A DNA stretch of 63,528 bases, counting the filler, from Hausera hauseri (taxonomy: Eukaryota), in the NCBI GenBank assembly GCA_046269625.1. It is 13 parts of 13 records of this genome, joined end to end, with 100 filler letters (N's around TTAATTAATTAA, not from the genome) between each part and the next. Parts side by side here need not be neighbours in the genome. Positions count along the whole stretch, not along the records: positions 22,326 to 26,561 come from JBJURY010683883.1; positions 26,662 to 34,414 come from JBJURY010905201.1; positions 34,515 to 38,536 come from JBJURY010812643.1; 10 more parts are not named here. One strand, given 5' to 3'. Below, piece by piece: positions 26,051 to 38,359 of this stretch. Each line of letters opens with the position of its first letter. Position 1 is the first letter of the stretch. The position numbers and the translations under genes were made by a program. Under the pieces are notes generated by a model. It searched no databases. It worked only from the letters and a program-made list of their open reading frames with translations, and was not told the DNA's origin.

Positions 26051-26661
26051 ATTTTTGGGCAGTGGAAAAATTCTTATTCAAAGTGCAAAAGAGCTCAGTC
26101 GATAACAAAAAAGCCAGTACATTCCGTCAATACAATTATTGAAGAGACAAATGGAAACGCCTTGATATCTTCTCGATTACCTTTCGGTTCCTCTAATCTG
26201 TATGTAAACAAATGTCTACTGACGAAGGTTAGCAAAAAATGTTTTATCCTTCACAAGTTTCCAAAAAAAATCTCTCTGATCGAATCAAAGGCTCCACCAA
26301 CTTTGACAAAAACGTGTAGTACAACTAAGGCATGGAATCGTATCCGAACCATTTCATAGACCAAGGCGACATCTGAAGCATCATAGAAAAATCAGTTTTT
26401 TATACACGCCTGCAAATCAAATTTGATCGTCAGGCTCATCGTACTCATTTTGCCGATAACGTTGTTTCAAACTCAGCCCAGAAACACTGTTGCAACTTAT
26501 AGTTGTCTTGAGAACGTTTCGTAGATCAGATCATTGTCAATCAAAGACTACATATTCGAACNNNNNNNNNNNNNNNNNNNNNNNNNNNNNNNNNNNNNNN
26601 NNNNNTTAATTAATTAANNNNNNNNNNNNNNNNNNNNNNNNNNNNNNNNNNNNNNNNNNNN

Positions 26662-27303
26662 GGAGACGTTTCTTCATAGCCCTTCTACATTTTATTTTTA
26701 GCCTGTGTAATTATCTGTTTACCGTTCTGCAACACAATGCAATATTATCCTGCCCTGCAATCTCACATTTGCGGAGAAAGGCTTCCTGCGAACACAGCTT
26801 GAGATTTCTCATTTCTCAATTTTTTCCCGTGTTTTCTCCATTTGATTCAATTGAGCCACAAGCATTGTATTTCTAAATATGAGAAAATGCATAGCATTTC
26901 ATAAAACCGAATACCTTGATAGCATTCCGAGTAGCACCGATAGAAAGTGCTAATATTGCAGATATCTCATTTAGAGATTTGCCAGACAAATACAGTGTTA
27001 CTACCCTTTCTCTCAAATCTTTACTAATGCCAGCCTTTCTACCCATATTTCGCAATGTATTTAAAGATGTTCACAAAATTTTAACTAATCATTTGCCGTA
27101 AATAAACAAAAAAAATTCCTGTTTTAAGTGGGGTGTGCTTATTTTTTGTCCAGTAAAAGGCGCTTGTCAAAGAATCTACTTTTCCCCATCAAATAGGTGT
27201 TTTGTGAGTTTTCAATTTTCAGTATTTCTTAATTTAGACATGATTTAACAACCCCTTTAAATTTCCAAAGTTTTGTCGCTAACTAAGTTTTTGTCCATAG
27301 ATG
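26662..27303 (-). mobile_element. Tc1-like transposon left arm, with an intron-containing transposase N-terminus
   Basis: TA|CATCTATGGACAAAA terminus at 27303 and an inner TGGACAAAA repeat near 27150. MGRKAGISKDLRERVVTLYLSGKSLNEISAILALSIGATRNAIK (27046-26915), then a 42-nt GT-AG intron, then KYNACGSIE (paired-like HTH). Confidence 0.75.
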
Positions 27304-27305
27304 TA

Positions 27306-27575
27306 TTGAGGATGAGAAATATCCGATTATTGTCGCAATGTTGAAGCTAAAGATTTTGCAAGGTAAAACTATCATTTTCATGCGTAGCGTTGATAAATGC
27401 TACCGATTGCGAATGTTGTTGGATTCGTTTTTTATTCCATCAGTTGTTCTAAACAATGAATTACCACTGGAATCGAGGAATCATATTCTCAATGAATTCA
27501 ATCGAGGAAAATATGATCTACTGTTAGCAACGGATGATGAATTACTGGACAACGAGCAGAGTACAACTGCTGTAA
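27306..27575 (+). pseudogene. DDX56: DEAD-box helicase DDX56/Dbp9 fragment
   Basis: EKYPIIVAMLKLKILQGKTIIFMRSVDKCYRLRMLLDSFFIPSVVLNNELPLESRNHILNEFNRGKYDLLLATD, bounded by a Tc1 end and a retroelement remnant. Confidence 0.8.
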
Positions 27576-28169
27576 AAAATAATTTATGTCAACATAATGT
27601 TGGTAATGTGATGACTTTTAATTGTTTGCTGCTATTTTGATTACATTTGAGGTTTGCTGTTTTCTTGAATGGGCTTTCTTGTCTCTCATTTATTACATTC
27701 CGATCATCTTGCGTAAAATTGTAGTTTTCTGTTACTTAAAATAATCTTCTTTGAGTGCCAACTGATAACAACCGGATCTGATGGAATTTCTTCCGTAACT
27801 ATTTCAATTATCCTGATCCAGTAACATCGTGCTTAGTCTCTATTTCATCTAATACCTCTTTTATCGCATCTATTAGCTTTTAAAATGTCGATGGCCGCCA
27901 ACTATCGTTTATCGGCAACTGTAATCACAAATTTTACAAATTCCACGCACTTTTGGCGTGAATTGTCCTATGTCATTAATTTTCTGTTTGTTTCAACACT
28001 ACATTTCTGAACCTTTGATCTTATAACAGTCTTTCGTCATTTTCCATTCTAGTTCAAACTTCACAAATTGTCGGTCAAATTCGGTACAAGCTCATTTAAT
28101 AATATAATGAAGTCAAGGCTATCATAGAATAAATGACGACGGCTGCTCTCGTCCTCCGGTTTCCCCGAA

Positions 28170-28479
28170 TGTCAACCCGGGCTGTTTATTTATAGCAATC
28201 ACAACACATTCTATTGCATTCCCATACCTATTTTACGTCTTCAAGCACGCAGGTTTTCTACAAACACTTTCCATTCCACACAAAATTCACATGATAAACC
28301 TAAAAATATATGTACAGTATACTTATATACAACGTCACCATTCACTCACTCCGTTCTGTACATAACACTCATACTCACACACATACCTATATATACTATA
28401 TACACCTTTCTTCTTTATACCTCAAGTCTTCCGGATTACCCAACTAGTCAGTAGGGTTCCAACAACTGTCGTTTTAACA
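28170..28479 (-). repeat. Putative 310-nt LTR (TGTTAA...TTGACA) with decayed internal sequence extending left to about 27580
   Basis: TG...CA ends with imperfect 6-nt inverted termini, AATAAA near the 3' end, and a purine-rich PBS-like segment following it. Confidence 0.5.
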
Positions 28480-29250
28480 TGGAAACAACATTGGTGTCAG
28501 AGAATTTCCTACAAATTTGTCAGAACCGACATGCTTAACAGAAGTTTTAGTAAAGAAACCACAGTAGCTCCGTTTAATGGATATCAGTTTATGAAAATCA
28601 TGCCAAAAAATAATTTTTATTCTGAAGTTGAAAATATAAATATTCCTTTTAAAGCCATGCTTCCTAATGGAATACTCTTATCGACAGACACTGAATTTTC
28701 CAATTCGAAAAGCAAATTAGAAATATTTTTGGAAAATGGAAATATTTATATTCCGCTGAATTTTGGTCAAGAAGACAAGAAATTCAAGACAAACGAAAGT
28801 TGTTTCGATGGAAATTGGCATTCTGTAAAAGTTGAGAGAAGAGCAAGGAATCTAAAATTATGGATTGATAATACGATGTACAATATGTATATTCAAGGAA
28901 TAAGCAACTCATTATCCAATGACCTACTAATTGTGGGACGAAATAATAAATCGGCTATTCAGTATTTTGTGGGGTATATGATGCATTTTACGTTCAATGG
29001 TTTAAACTATTTTAAAATGACTGAAACGCAGTCTCTTTTAAATATAGAAGTTACCGCGTCACTTGGATACGCCGAATAAATGAAACAGTTCCCCATTCAT
29101 TTTATAACCAGCAGTTCATACTTGTTGAAAAAAATCAGCATTTTTGATGACTTTCGCTTGGAATTTTACATGAAAACGTTGAAAGAATCGGGAGTGGTTT
29201 TGTTCCTTGAAAGTGATTCCGGTGGCTATCTAATATTTGAAATGGTGAAC
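28480..29250 (+). pseudogene. Neurexin (alpha) laminin-G/LNS4-LNS5 fragment, intronless
   Basis: KETTVAPFNGYQFMKI..SEVENINIPFK...DGNWHSVKVERRARNLKLWID...FVGYMMHFTFNGLNY...PIHFITSSSY...FYMKT..GVVLF..GYLIFEMV is collinear with neurexin LNS4 into LNS5. In-frame TAA at 29077-29079. Confidence 0.75.
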
Positions 29251-30560
29251 AGTGAAAACTCGTCGGCAAATTCTGAATCGGATATATGTCGATTTGAAAT
29301 GCGTCGAAATGCCAAAAAAGAGTTTCATAAAATGGTCAACGAAAATATTGAAGTGACAATGCGCGAACATTATTTGAGCGTATTTACATCGATGCAACAA
29401 ATTAGAAATTATTGTGAATCACTCCGTGCCATTACGCAATATCACACACTAACAGAAATGAACAATTTTCTAGACTATGATTCCGAAGAAGCCGTTTGTA
29501 ATCTTATGAAGACGTCTTGCAATGAAAATTATCGATGGATTATTTGCAGTTTAGGTGATCTTGCTGCTTTGACGCAACGGATTGTTATAAATAATTCTGT
29601 TCTGAGCGACATGGCTAATAATTACCATTCGACTGTTCGTCAATACAGCTGTATGAATTTAACCAATTTGACATTTGGTATCAGCGAGAACAAAACGTTT
29701 TTGTGCTCAATAAAACCCGTTTTGCGAACTCTTGTTGATTTTCTCTCCAGCTACAGTGAAGAAGTTAGACAAGTGTCAACATCTGTTATTAGACATCTAT
29801 CATGGAAAGCCGATGACGATACAAAAGTTCGTTTAAGATACGCCAATGTTTCAACTGTTCTTATATCAGAAGTTTTCAAATGCGCTAGAGAAAGTTGTTT
29901 ACAATCTGTTTTAAGTGCCCTTTTAAAAAAAGGTCACAGTCTAAGGAAAATAATGTGGATATCTTCGAGGTACCTAAATCGCTGGCATATTTTGTTGACG
30001 TTCTCAGTTTTAAGACGATATCTCTCGTTGAAAATAGTGGATGAATTTTGCGCAATTAATAAAAAATATCGATCTATTTTACATCAAAATAGTACATTTC
30101 AAATTCTACTAAAGCATTTACGTTCTTCCAGCTTAACAGTTGTTGGCAATGCCTGTAGTACCCTATGCAATTTTCCTATAGGTTCTTCAGAGGATCAGAA
30201 ACTGTTATGGAACCTTGGAGCAGTCGAAATGTCAAAAATCTTGTACATTCAAAACATCCATCAATATTTACCGGTTCTGCTACAACATTCAAAAATTTAT
30301 TATCGGCAAGCGCATCTCTAAACGTTGCTGAACATGTGCTTGTAACGGCACTTAAAAGTAATTCTACAAGTAGTTCAAACAGTCCTGATTCCTCAGTTAG
30401 AATAATAAGACCATCACCGTCTCTACACGTTAGGAAGCTCAATGCACTTGAATCGAATATTGAAAATATTTTACGAGACAACCAAATCACACCGTCGGAT
30501 AGTAAAGGAATGCACGAATTTTCCTTAATTGATAGTCCATTTATCACTAGTTACTACAAC
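29251..30560 (+). pseudogene. APC: Adenomatous polyposis coli armadillo-repeat fragment, intronless, frameshifted
   Basis: QIRNYCE, AVCNLMKTS, VRQYSCMNLTNLTFGISENKTFLCS, VIRHLSWKADDDTK, LQSVLSAL, HLRSSSLTVVGNACSTL, KNLVHSKH, PSLHVRK are all collinear with APC. Confidence 0.88.
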
Positions 30561-30845
30561 AGGCAAAACGTTAATTCTAATCTTAAAAAAGCCTTGTCGC
30601 TGGACAGCGAATTTCATCCGGCATGGAAATATCTGGGCATTCTGTATTTGCGGCATGTCAGTTGGTCTGATCATATAGTTTACGATACCCAACATTGTCT
30701 GTCTACGGCACTTAACATCAGCGACACTGTCGATCGAATCAACGATTTAGAATCGGAGTTTCTACTCGGTATACTTTACATTCGAAAGAATTAATCAGGT
30801 TTGGCCTCTGGGGTATTCCAAAAGTTACAACTCGAATTCGGACAG
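30560..30845 (+). pseudogene. TPR-protein fragment fused in frame behind APC
   Basis: LKKALSLDSEFHPAWKYLGILYL...TQHCLSTALNI...LLGILYIRKN*SGLASGVFQK shows TPR-like periodicity. Parent gene not identified. Confidence 0.5.
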
Positions 30846-32073
30846 ATCACCCGTAAGATGACGCGGTTGACCTGCAAGGACATCGATCTGCAGTCTCCAC
30901 AATACAACATGATACCACCGATTATGGCGAAACCTGTACACGATAAGGTGAGATTCACCATTATACATTGTTCGGTCGGCGAATATTTTTTATACATTTT
31001 TTATTCACAATATTTCTTACCCACTTTTCCCCTACTTCTTTGTCCATTATATATTTGACACAACATCGCCTTCCCTTGGTTTTATAAGTAAGGAAATATC
31101 TGAATCTTTTTACATAGTCGCAACAGTAGTTTTGGACATGCTGTATATTCATATAAGCGTTTAGCCCATACCATTCGTTGTAAGATATCCAACTACGTGT
31201 TCACGACCCTTCTTAGATCACGTTTTAAAAGTCCATATTCCGATCTCTAAGATTCGTCGAAAACAAACCGATTAATGATTACAGTACACCTTTTACAATG
31301 TGCCTACTGTTTGTCATTTGTCAAAATCAAGGTGTCAGTGAAAAGCTACTTCCTCTATATGGGTTCACATCAAAATCTCAATCTACCATTGGTAATAATC
31401 GAATACTGACGGAACAGATTATAAACTTAACTATTCCGTAAAAGTTAAAAATCTCATCGTAACAAAAATTCACATCAAAATTATACTTAATTATAATCCG
31501 TCGAATAGTATGCAAGTTAGTGGAGTATTCAGTTTTTCTTTACGAGATTGTGGAGTAAGTTGATAAACATTACATCGTGGGGAAATTCGGATTATTATTC
31601 ATCATTTTATATTGGTCCATGTTGGCAGCATTACCTTGTCTCTTTCTTTATAATTCAGTCCGTTTTTGGTCGTCTCGAGTATTTGACCTACAACTTTTAT
31701 CAAGTGAAGGCATCCTTGAATGACGAATATTGCTAATATTCTGACAGGACTCCTGCCATCTTTGGAATTCTAAATATTTTCAGCCAAACATTTCTTTTCC
31801 TTATTACTCAGATGTTAAATTTCGTCTATTCTATTCAACCGTTCTTGCACTTTATCCTTCGTCCACGACAGTTTTTCGAGATACCGTGCACTCGCAAGAA
31901 TTCGTGAACTTGATGATGGCTACAGAAATTACTGAAGTGGTCCATTCATCTTATACTCTTGAGTTGCAAACAAACCATGGCATGACCAACCAATCAACCT
32001 TCTGTCCTACATCAATGAGTCCCACGCCATAGTGTGTTTCGTTACCACACCAACCACTTGAGTTTACACCGAC

Positions 32074-33420
32074 TATTTTCTTTTATTCTTTCTAAACAAT
32101 CACCATTTACTAACACACAGAATGACAAATTCGGTAGATGCATCCTACATACACAACTACGCATTACACGTCGCCAACATCGATTTTTATCTTACGTACA
32201 ATAATCTACCAATAACTAACGCCAACCTCCGTAACCTTTCTGTACCTTCAACCCATTGCATCATAATTCACATACACATTCGCATACTTGGTGGAATGGA
32301 ATCTTCACCTACCATTAACACCACTGACAGAAATATCTCCAAAACATCACATTTTGCGTTGAACCAAAAATCGTCGATCGTTACCACGCCATCTTCTTTC
32401 AGTAGTGATGCTTCTTCAACCTCGCCAGTCAAACACGCTTCTCAGTGCACGGAGTATTTTATTGACCATGAACAGTCTAACAAAACGTGGCTTAGCTTCC
32501 ACAAACTTTGGCTGCAATCTAACAACATCACTGATCCAGTAACTAAAGCCCATAACCTGCTTTGTCTTCTACCAACAACTGTAAAAACGGCCACTCAGGA
32601 TCTGCTAGATATCTTCCAGAAAACTGATCTATATACCAATCTTTACAACGCCGTTTTAAAATTTATGGAACCATCTATGGACTCAATAATTCATCGTTTC
32701 TTCAACGAGAATGCTATGGGGACGCAAAAACCATTTGATTTCCTCAGAACTTCACTCGTGCAACTTCAAATACTTGGCGTGACTAAACAACATAACGCCG
32801 ATCTTTTGCGCCGCTACTTCCTGAACGCATTGCCCATACAAATTAGGGCCTTACTTACTGTCGTTGAAGAATCGACAACACGAGATAAATTGACCGAACT
32901 GGCGGACAAAACATACGAGATTTTGAACGAACACACTCAACTTGTCATTTCTGCAGCAGTTACTACCAACAACGTTACACTGGAACAGCAGTTAAACGAA
33001 TTACGCGCCGAAAATGCGGCACTCCAACACACCATAAACACTATCAATGATAAATTGAATAACATTTCTTTACATCGTCGTAATGTGCCTTCGTCTAATC
33101 GAACACGTTCTCCTTCCGGAAATCGAACACCGTCACCTGTGAGGTCTTTCGTATGCAACTACCATACCAAATTTAATAACAACGCAAATAAATGTTGCTT
33201 AGGTTGTAAATATTATTCGCCAAATCTAGATTCAAGTAATATAATTTGCGTCTATCATTCAAAATTCGGTCCTAATGCTAGGAGTTGTATTACTGGCTGT
33301 ACATACAAAACTAACAAAAACTATTCCATCGACAGACGTGCCAACATCTCTAATAGCAGCCGTTCTAGTTCCCCAATCCAAAAAACTAATTTAGCCGCTA
33401 GTATTCTCGGCAGATACTGA
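32074..33420 (+). CDS. CsRn1-type gag with two Cx2Hx9Cx3C motifs, preceded in frame by a ubiquitin-like segment ending RILGG (32074-32295)
   Basis: The frame is open from 32062. MGTQKPFDFL...FLNALPIQIR..L...LAD is the capsid-like part, followed by CNYHTKFNNNANKCCLGC and CVYHSKFGPNARSCITGC. Confidence 0.8.
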   Translation, partial: YFLLFFLNNHHLLTHRMTNSVDASYIHNYALHVANIDFYLTYNNLPITNANLRNLSVPSTHCIIIHIHIRILGGMESSPTINTTDRNISKTSHFALNQKSSIVTTPSSFSSDASSTSPVKHASQCTEYFIDHEQSNKTWLSFHKLWLQSNNITDPVTKAHNLLCLLPTTVKTATQDLLDIFQKTDLYTNLYNAVLKFMEPSMDSIIHRFFNENAMGTQKPFDFLRTSLVQLQILGVTKQHNADLLRRYFLNALPIQIRALLTVVEESTTRDKLTELADKTYEILNEHTQLVISAAVTTNNVTLEQQLNELRAENAALQHTINTINDKLNNISLHRRNVPSSNRTRSPSGNRTPSPVRSFVCNYHTKFNNNANKCCLGCKYYSPNLDSSNIICVYHSKFGPNARSCITGCTYKTNKNYSIDRRANISNSSRSSSPIQKTNLAASILGRY

Positions 33421-34414
33421 CAATGGCAATCTATCTAATTCCTTTAGCCGACACGTTTCATTTGCCGTTTTCACATTAAAAGCTATTATCTCCAATCCTA
33501 ACATCCAATCCATAGATGTTCTCATCGATACTGGTGCAGCGATATCACTGCTTCCATTTTCCTTTCCGGTTCAACATGCTCCATCTAAAATCAAATGTTT
33601 ATACACTGCATCTGGTCAAGCTCTTCGTGTCGCCGGAACCTGCAAACTTTCTTTTACTCTACAAAATTTTCCCTCGTCATTTCATTGGACGTTTACAGTC
33701 GCTAACGTCCACACTGCAATACTTGGCTCAGATTTCCTTTCACATCACAATTTACTAGTTGACTGTAAACGACACTGTTTGAAAGCAAATACATCTGAAA
33801 ACCTTAATACAAAAATAGACAGCATCACAACGATAACACAGTACACGTTAAATAAGCCATCTATTTTAAAACACTCGGTACTTCGTTCTACTCCCAATAA
33901 CAATGTGGTATTTTCTGTAAAATCACTGAACACTAACACTTACTCAAATACGGCTCCGGACAAGGCCATACACTTGATTCCTCATCAACAACTAATCATA
34001 TATCAAGTACTGCTAGAAATCTCGGTTTATCATCAGTTACAACATTCCAAGAGCTACCCACAAGTTTACAACAATTTGTTCATACCTCTTGCCCTCGGAT
34101 ACTTCAGAAAGAGAGGAATTTCACTCCAGTAAATAGCATTTACCACCACATAATTACAAGACATCAAAGGCCAATTAGACAAAAGGTCTGTCCATTGTCA
34201 CCGTGACGCAGACAGGCAGTAGAAGCCGAATTTATGAAACTAACACAATCAGGTATCACCCGCAGATCTAAATCACCATGGTCTTCTCCTCTCCATGTTG
34301 TTCAAAAAAGATGGATCTTTCCGACCATGTGGCGATTATCGTCAACTTAATACGCTAACAACAATGGACGCATACCCATTACCATTAATCCAAGACATAT
34401 TACATCGATTTAAT
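33421..34414 (+). pseudogene. Ty3/gypsy protease and RT N-terminus, decayed, cut by contig end
   Basis: [56 protein letters not shown]. Confidence 0.85.
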
Positions 34415-34514
34415 NNNNNNNNNNNNNNNNNNNNNNNNNNNNNNNNNNNNNNNNNNNNTTAATTAATTAANNNNNNNNNNNNNNNNNNNNNNNNNNNNNN
34501 NNNNNNNNNNNNNN

Positions 34515-35389
34515 GTGTGTGACGCACAAATCGATTTTTACCTCAAATATTTGTCTAAAAACGCATAAAAGTTCACGTGTTCAAAGTCCACATGTACGTA
34601 GAAAATTTGTTTTTCCTCTTCTGTACGTTGATGAAGATGCGTAAAAACTTTGCGACACACATATCCATAATCAGTAGCCGATGATCGATCGATTGAATCC
34701 GGATCGGCCAATTTCCATTCGGACACCGTTATCGGATAGCTCGCGCCTTGGGCTTTCGTTCCATATAATACTCAACACTGGCCGCCTTCATTAGTGCACA
34801 CACGGGCGTCTGTGATGTCATCGGTGCATCGTGCACTCTTCTTTCCGGTACCGTTCGGCTAGTCGCTGCCCAATTGCCGCGGGACCCGTGCCCGCTTATC
34901 GATAACGTTTCCCACTTTCCCATAAACTATTTGCCGGTCCTGGCTCACTTTTTTGCCCGAGCCCCTTGCTTCGCCTACATCCCATCGACTTTGGTCCTTC
35001 GGTTTTCGATGCGCCTTTGCTTTCCCATCATTTCTATGTGCCACACACCTCCGTGCACCAATTCCTTCTTACATCCGCTTTTTTTCGTGCACTTCTTCTG
35101 CTTTCGGGGGCACCGTGCACCGTGTATGGTGTGTTTTTTGCAATCTACGTCGACGAATCTATCCGGCCGTGCGGATGTGCGCATCAAGTACGCTTCGGAT
35201 TGGCTGCATGCGGGGGATGAGCCAGGACCGGCATTTTCAACTACTCAACTGTTGTTACATTTCAATGAGCAATTACAAACTATCAAATTCTGATTTAGCG
35301 GACAGACCAGGGGGCAGGGATTTTCCAATTCTACCCAAGCCGCGCGACCAGGTGGACGGCGTAAATGCGAACGCGGCCAACATATCGAC
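34515..35389 (-). repeat. GC-rich repeat, probably a long LTR, inserted just upstream of a gag
   Basis: The right-hand 140 nt are homologous to 4487-4623. No recognisable protein in any frame. Confidence 0.4.
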
Positions 35390-35399
35390 TTACGCCACA

Positions 35400-38359
35400 A
35401 TGGACAGTTTCGCGAACTAATTGCTGCCCACCAAATTCAGGAAAGGCGATGACGTGGAGAAGTTCAGTAAAGAATGTGAAAAATTTTTTAAATATATTTA
35501 CACCCCGGCGGCAAAGCGAAAGATCATGGTTGAATGTCCCTTGGAGGAAGATGCACTAGAAAGATACGAGGCAGTAGATGCAAGGATAATGGGATATCAA
35601 AACCGACTACGGAAGGCTTTCGCCCGATCCTCAACGCTATGAGAAGATCTAAAAGAAGCGCTCGAGTACAGAATGAATGGAGCGGAAGAGGAGGCTTACT
35701 TCGAGGCAATCGAAAAACTTCTAGACAAAGTCATGAAACGCAATCTTTCACGCCAGGCTCTGAAAGAGGAACTATTGTTCCAATGTTGTAACAATAGAGA
35801 GATGTGAAGAGGATATGCCTCAGTGACAAAAGAGACGCGGAAACAATAAAGGAGAAAATACGGAAGATACATAAGGTAAAAAATGAGACAGAAGAAGTCA
35901 TCACGGTCAAGGAGTAACAGGGGATCGGTAGAAGCTACCAGGATGTGGCAGCACAAAATATCAGGAAACACGTTCCTAGAATCAACACCATCCCAATTAG
36001 AACATCAAATAATAGTTTAAAGTGTTGGACATGCCAGAAGGAAGGACATACGAGCCGATCTTGCACCGTACAGAGACCGACAAAATGCTTTGGATGCGTA
36101 AAAGAAGGACGCATAAGCAGGCAGTGTCTCGAAAGGAAACCAACAAGATGTTACGGGTGTGGTAAGCTAGGTCACATGAGACGAAATTGTACCAACCTTA
36201 GCTGTGCGAGATGCCACCATATTGCACATACCGAAAAGCTGTGCTACACCAGGCTGGAGGATGAAAGAGAACCAGGATGGGATACATACAATGTGAAAAG
36301 AAGGTACGGGAATAATCTGTACAGAAGACGGGGAAAAGTCGCAAACGTAGAGGAAAAAGAAACAGAATCGGAACAGAAGTCAGTTGCCCCAAAAGGCAGA
36401 GTTTCGATAGAAGTGGAGCAAATCGGGGCACTACAATAGATTCAGGCTGCCTAAATATCGTTATGTACAATAGTAGTAGTATATCAAACAGTATAGACGG
36501 ATCAAGAAGAAGGGAACACGGAGATGTGGTAATGGATAAAAGGAAACGGAAAAAAGTACGGAAATTTATGAAAATGGCAAATTTCTAGGAAGTATCCATC
36601 AATGGAATGGAGGAAAGTGGGAACGATACGCAGATCTTCATGCTAAAAGAATTGTATGTCGAACAGATGTCATACAGGAAGTTTAATGGACGACCAGGAA
36701 TCAAATTAAAGATACAAGACAGATGGGAAGATTACTTATTGGAAACGGTGGGCCAGAGTAAACGTCATACACACACAGAGAAATCAGATACCACACTACG
36801 ATGTGCGAACAAAAGACTCTTAGATTGCCTGGGCACAACGACAACAGACGTAGAAATCAAGGGTCTAAGGAGACGTGTAACATTTCTGGTAGTGTCGGAA
36901 TTACTCCCAGAAATAATATGTGGCGTGTACCTACAAAAGACATTTGGAATAGAACTGGGATGGAAACGCACGGAAGCGGGAACATTACAGCAAGATATAT
37001 GCAACCTGGAAGCCAAGTTCGGCCGTGAGGTGACTAACCAAGAACGAGTTAATAGGGCGACGGAAGTTCCTAAGGTGAGTGACAACAAAGAGCTACTCAA
37101 CATTATACAGAAATACCCAGAGGTATTCATGGACGACAAGTGTGACATAGGGTACACATCTCTCATCAAACACAGAATGGACACGACAGGAGCGCTGATT
37201 AATATCAAACCTCATAGGCAACAGTATACCTTGAAAAAAAGATCGACGAGACCATCCGAAACCTATGGCAAAACGACATTATCAAGCCATGTAACTCAGC
37301 ATGGAATACACCAATGATATGCGTATTGAAGAAAGACAAGAACGATGTCAGAATATGCCTGGATTTCAGACAGCTGAATATTATAACGGAACGGCAGGCC
37401 TTCCCCATGCCTAACGTGGTAGAAATAGGGGACAGGTTATACGGACCAAGTTTTTCACGTCAATCGACCTAGGGAATGAATATTACTAAGTTGAGCTAGA
37501 GGAAGACTCCAAATTGAATACGGCGTTTTCAAACAAATTAGGGCAGTTCTGTTTCAACAGGATGTCATTCGGTATAGTAGCAGCCTCGGGCACCTTCCAA
37601 GAACTAATAAATAAAGTACCAGGAGACATTGAACAAACAGTTGTATACCTAGATGATATACTAATCTTCTCTAAGACTCTAGAAGAGCATTATAGTATAC
37701 TAGAAAAGGTATTGCAGCAGATCACGCAAGCAGGTCTCAGATTTGCGAAACCGAAGTCAATCTTGAACGACAGCGGAAAATGTTTTTTGGGAAGCAAATT
37801 TGGAGAGTTTTACAAGGAATACGAAATTAAATCAATATTCAGTAGTCCGTTTCAACATCAATCTAACGGGTTGGCAGAAAGGGTCACTCGACGTGCTCGG
37901 CATATGTTGGTAACCAGTGCAACAGGAATGTTGGGCACAGCATGGTGAAAGTCACTACCGAAAATTGAATTTTCGATAAATGTCACAGTACAAAGCACAA
38001 CGGGACATTCACCGTTTGAAATCGTTTTTAGACGAGAAATCAACTTGCACGCTACTGGAGGAGTCACAAGACAGACCGATAATGGCAAACTGACACAAAA
38101 TGTTACAAGACTATTACAGAGACAGCTAACCGAATGGAAAATTTCGAGGGACGAAGAGAGGGAAATGAAATTTTGAAATTGGACAAAAAGTGTTCGTGAA
38201 AGTAGACCCTGAGAAAAGAAGAAAAGATTTTCTCAGTTCGAAAAACCGTATCAAATAAGTCAACAAATTTCACCGCATCAGTGGGAGCTAAAAATATGGA
38301 AGGTGATAAAATGATTCGAAGAAGAGTGGAATGGTTGAAGAGAGAACAAGAATCGTAAA
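35400..38359 (+). mobile_element. Ty3/gypsy element of a different family: gag with four CCHC-type knuckles, protease, RT and internally deleted integrase
   Basis: Gag MDSFAN*LLPTKFRKGDDVEKF; knuckles CWTCQKEGH, CFGCVKEGR, CYGCGKLGH, CARCHHIAH; RICLDFRQLN, FNRMSFG, YLDD, FQHQSNGLAER; purine tract at about 38358-38372. Confidence 0.85.

Noticed and set aside
28491-28502. TGGTGTCAGA as a PBS after an LTR
   Set aside because: The adjacent LTR is oriented the other way, and the segment is in frame with the neurexin fragment.
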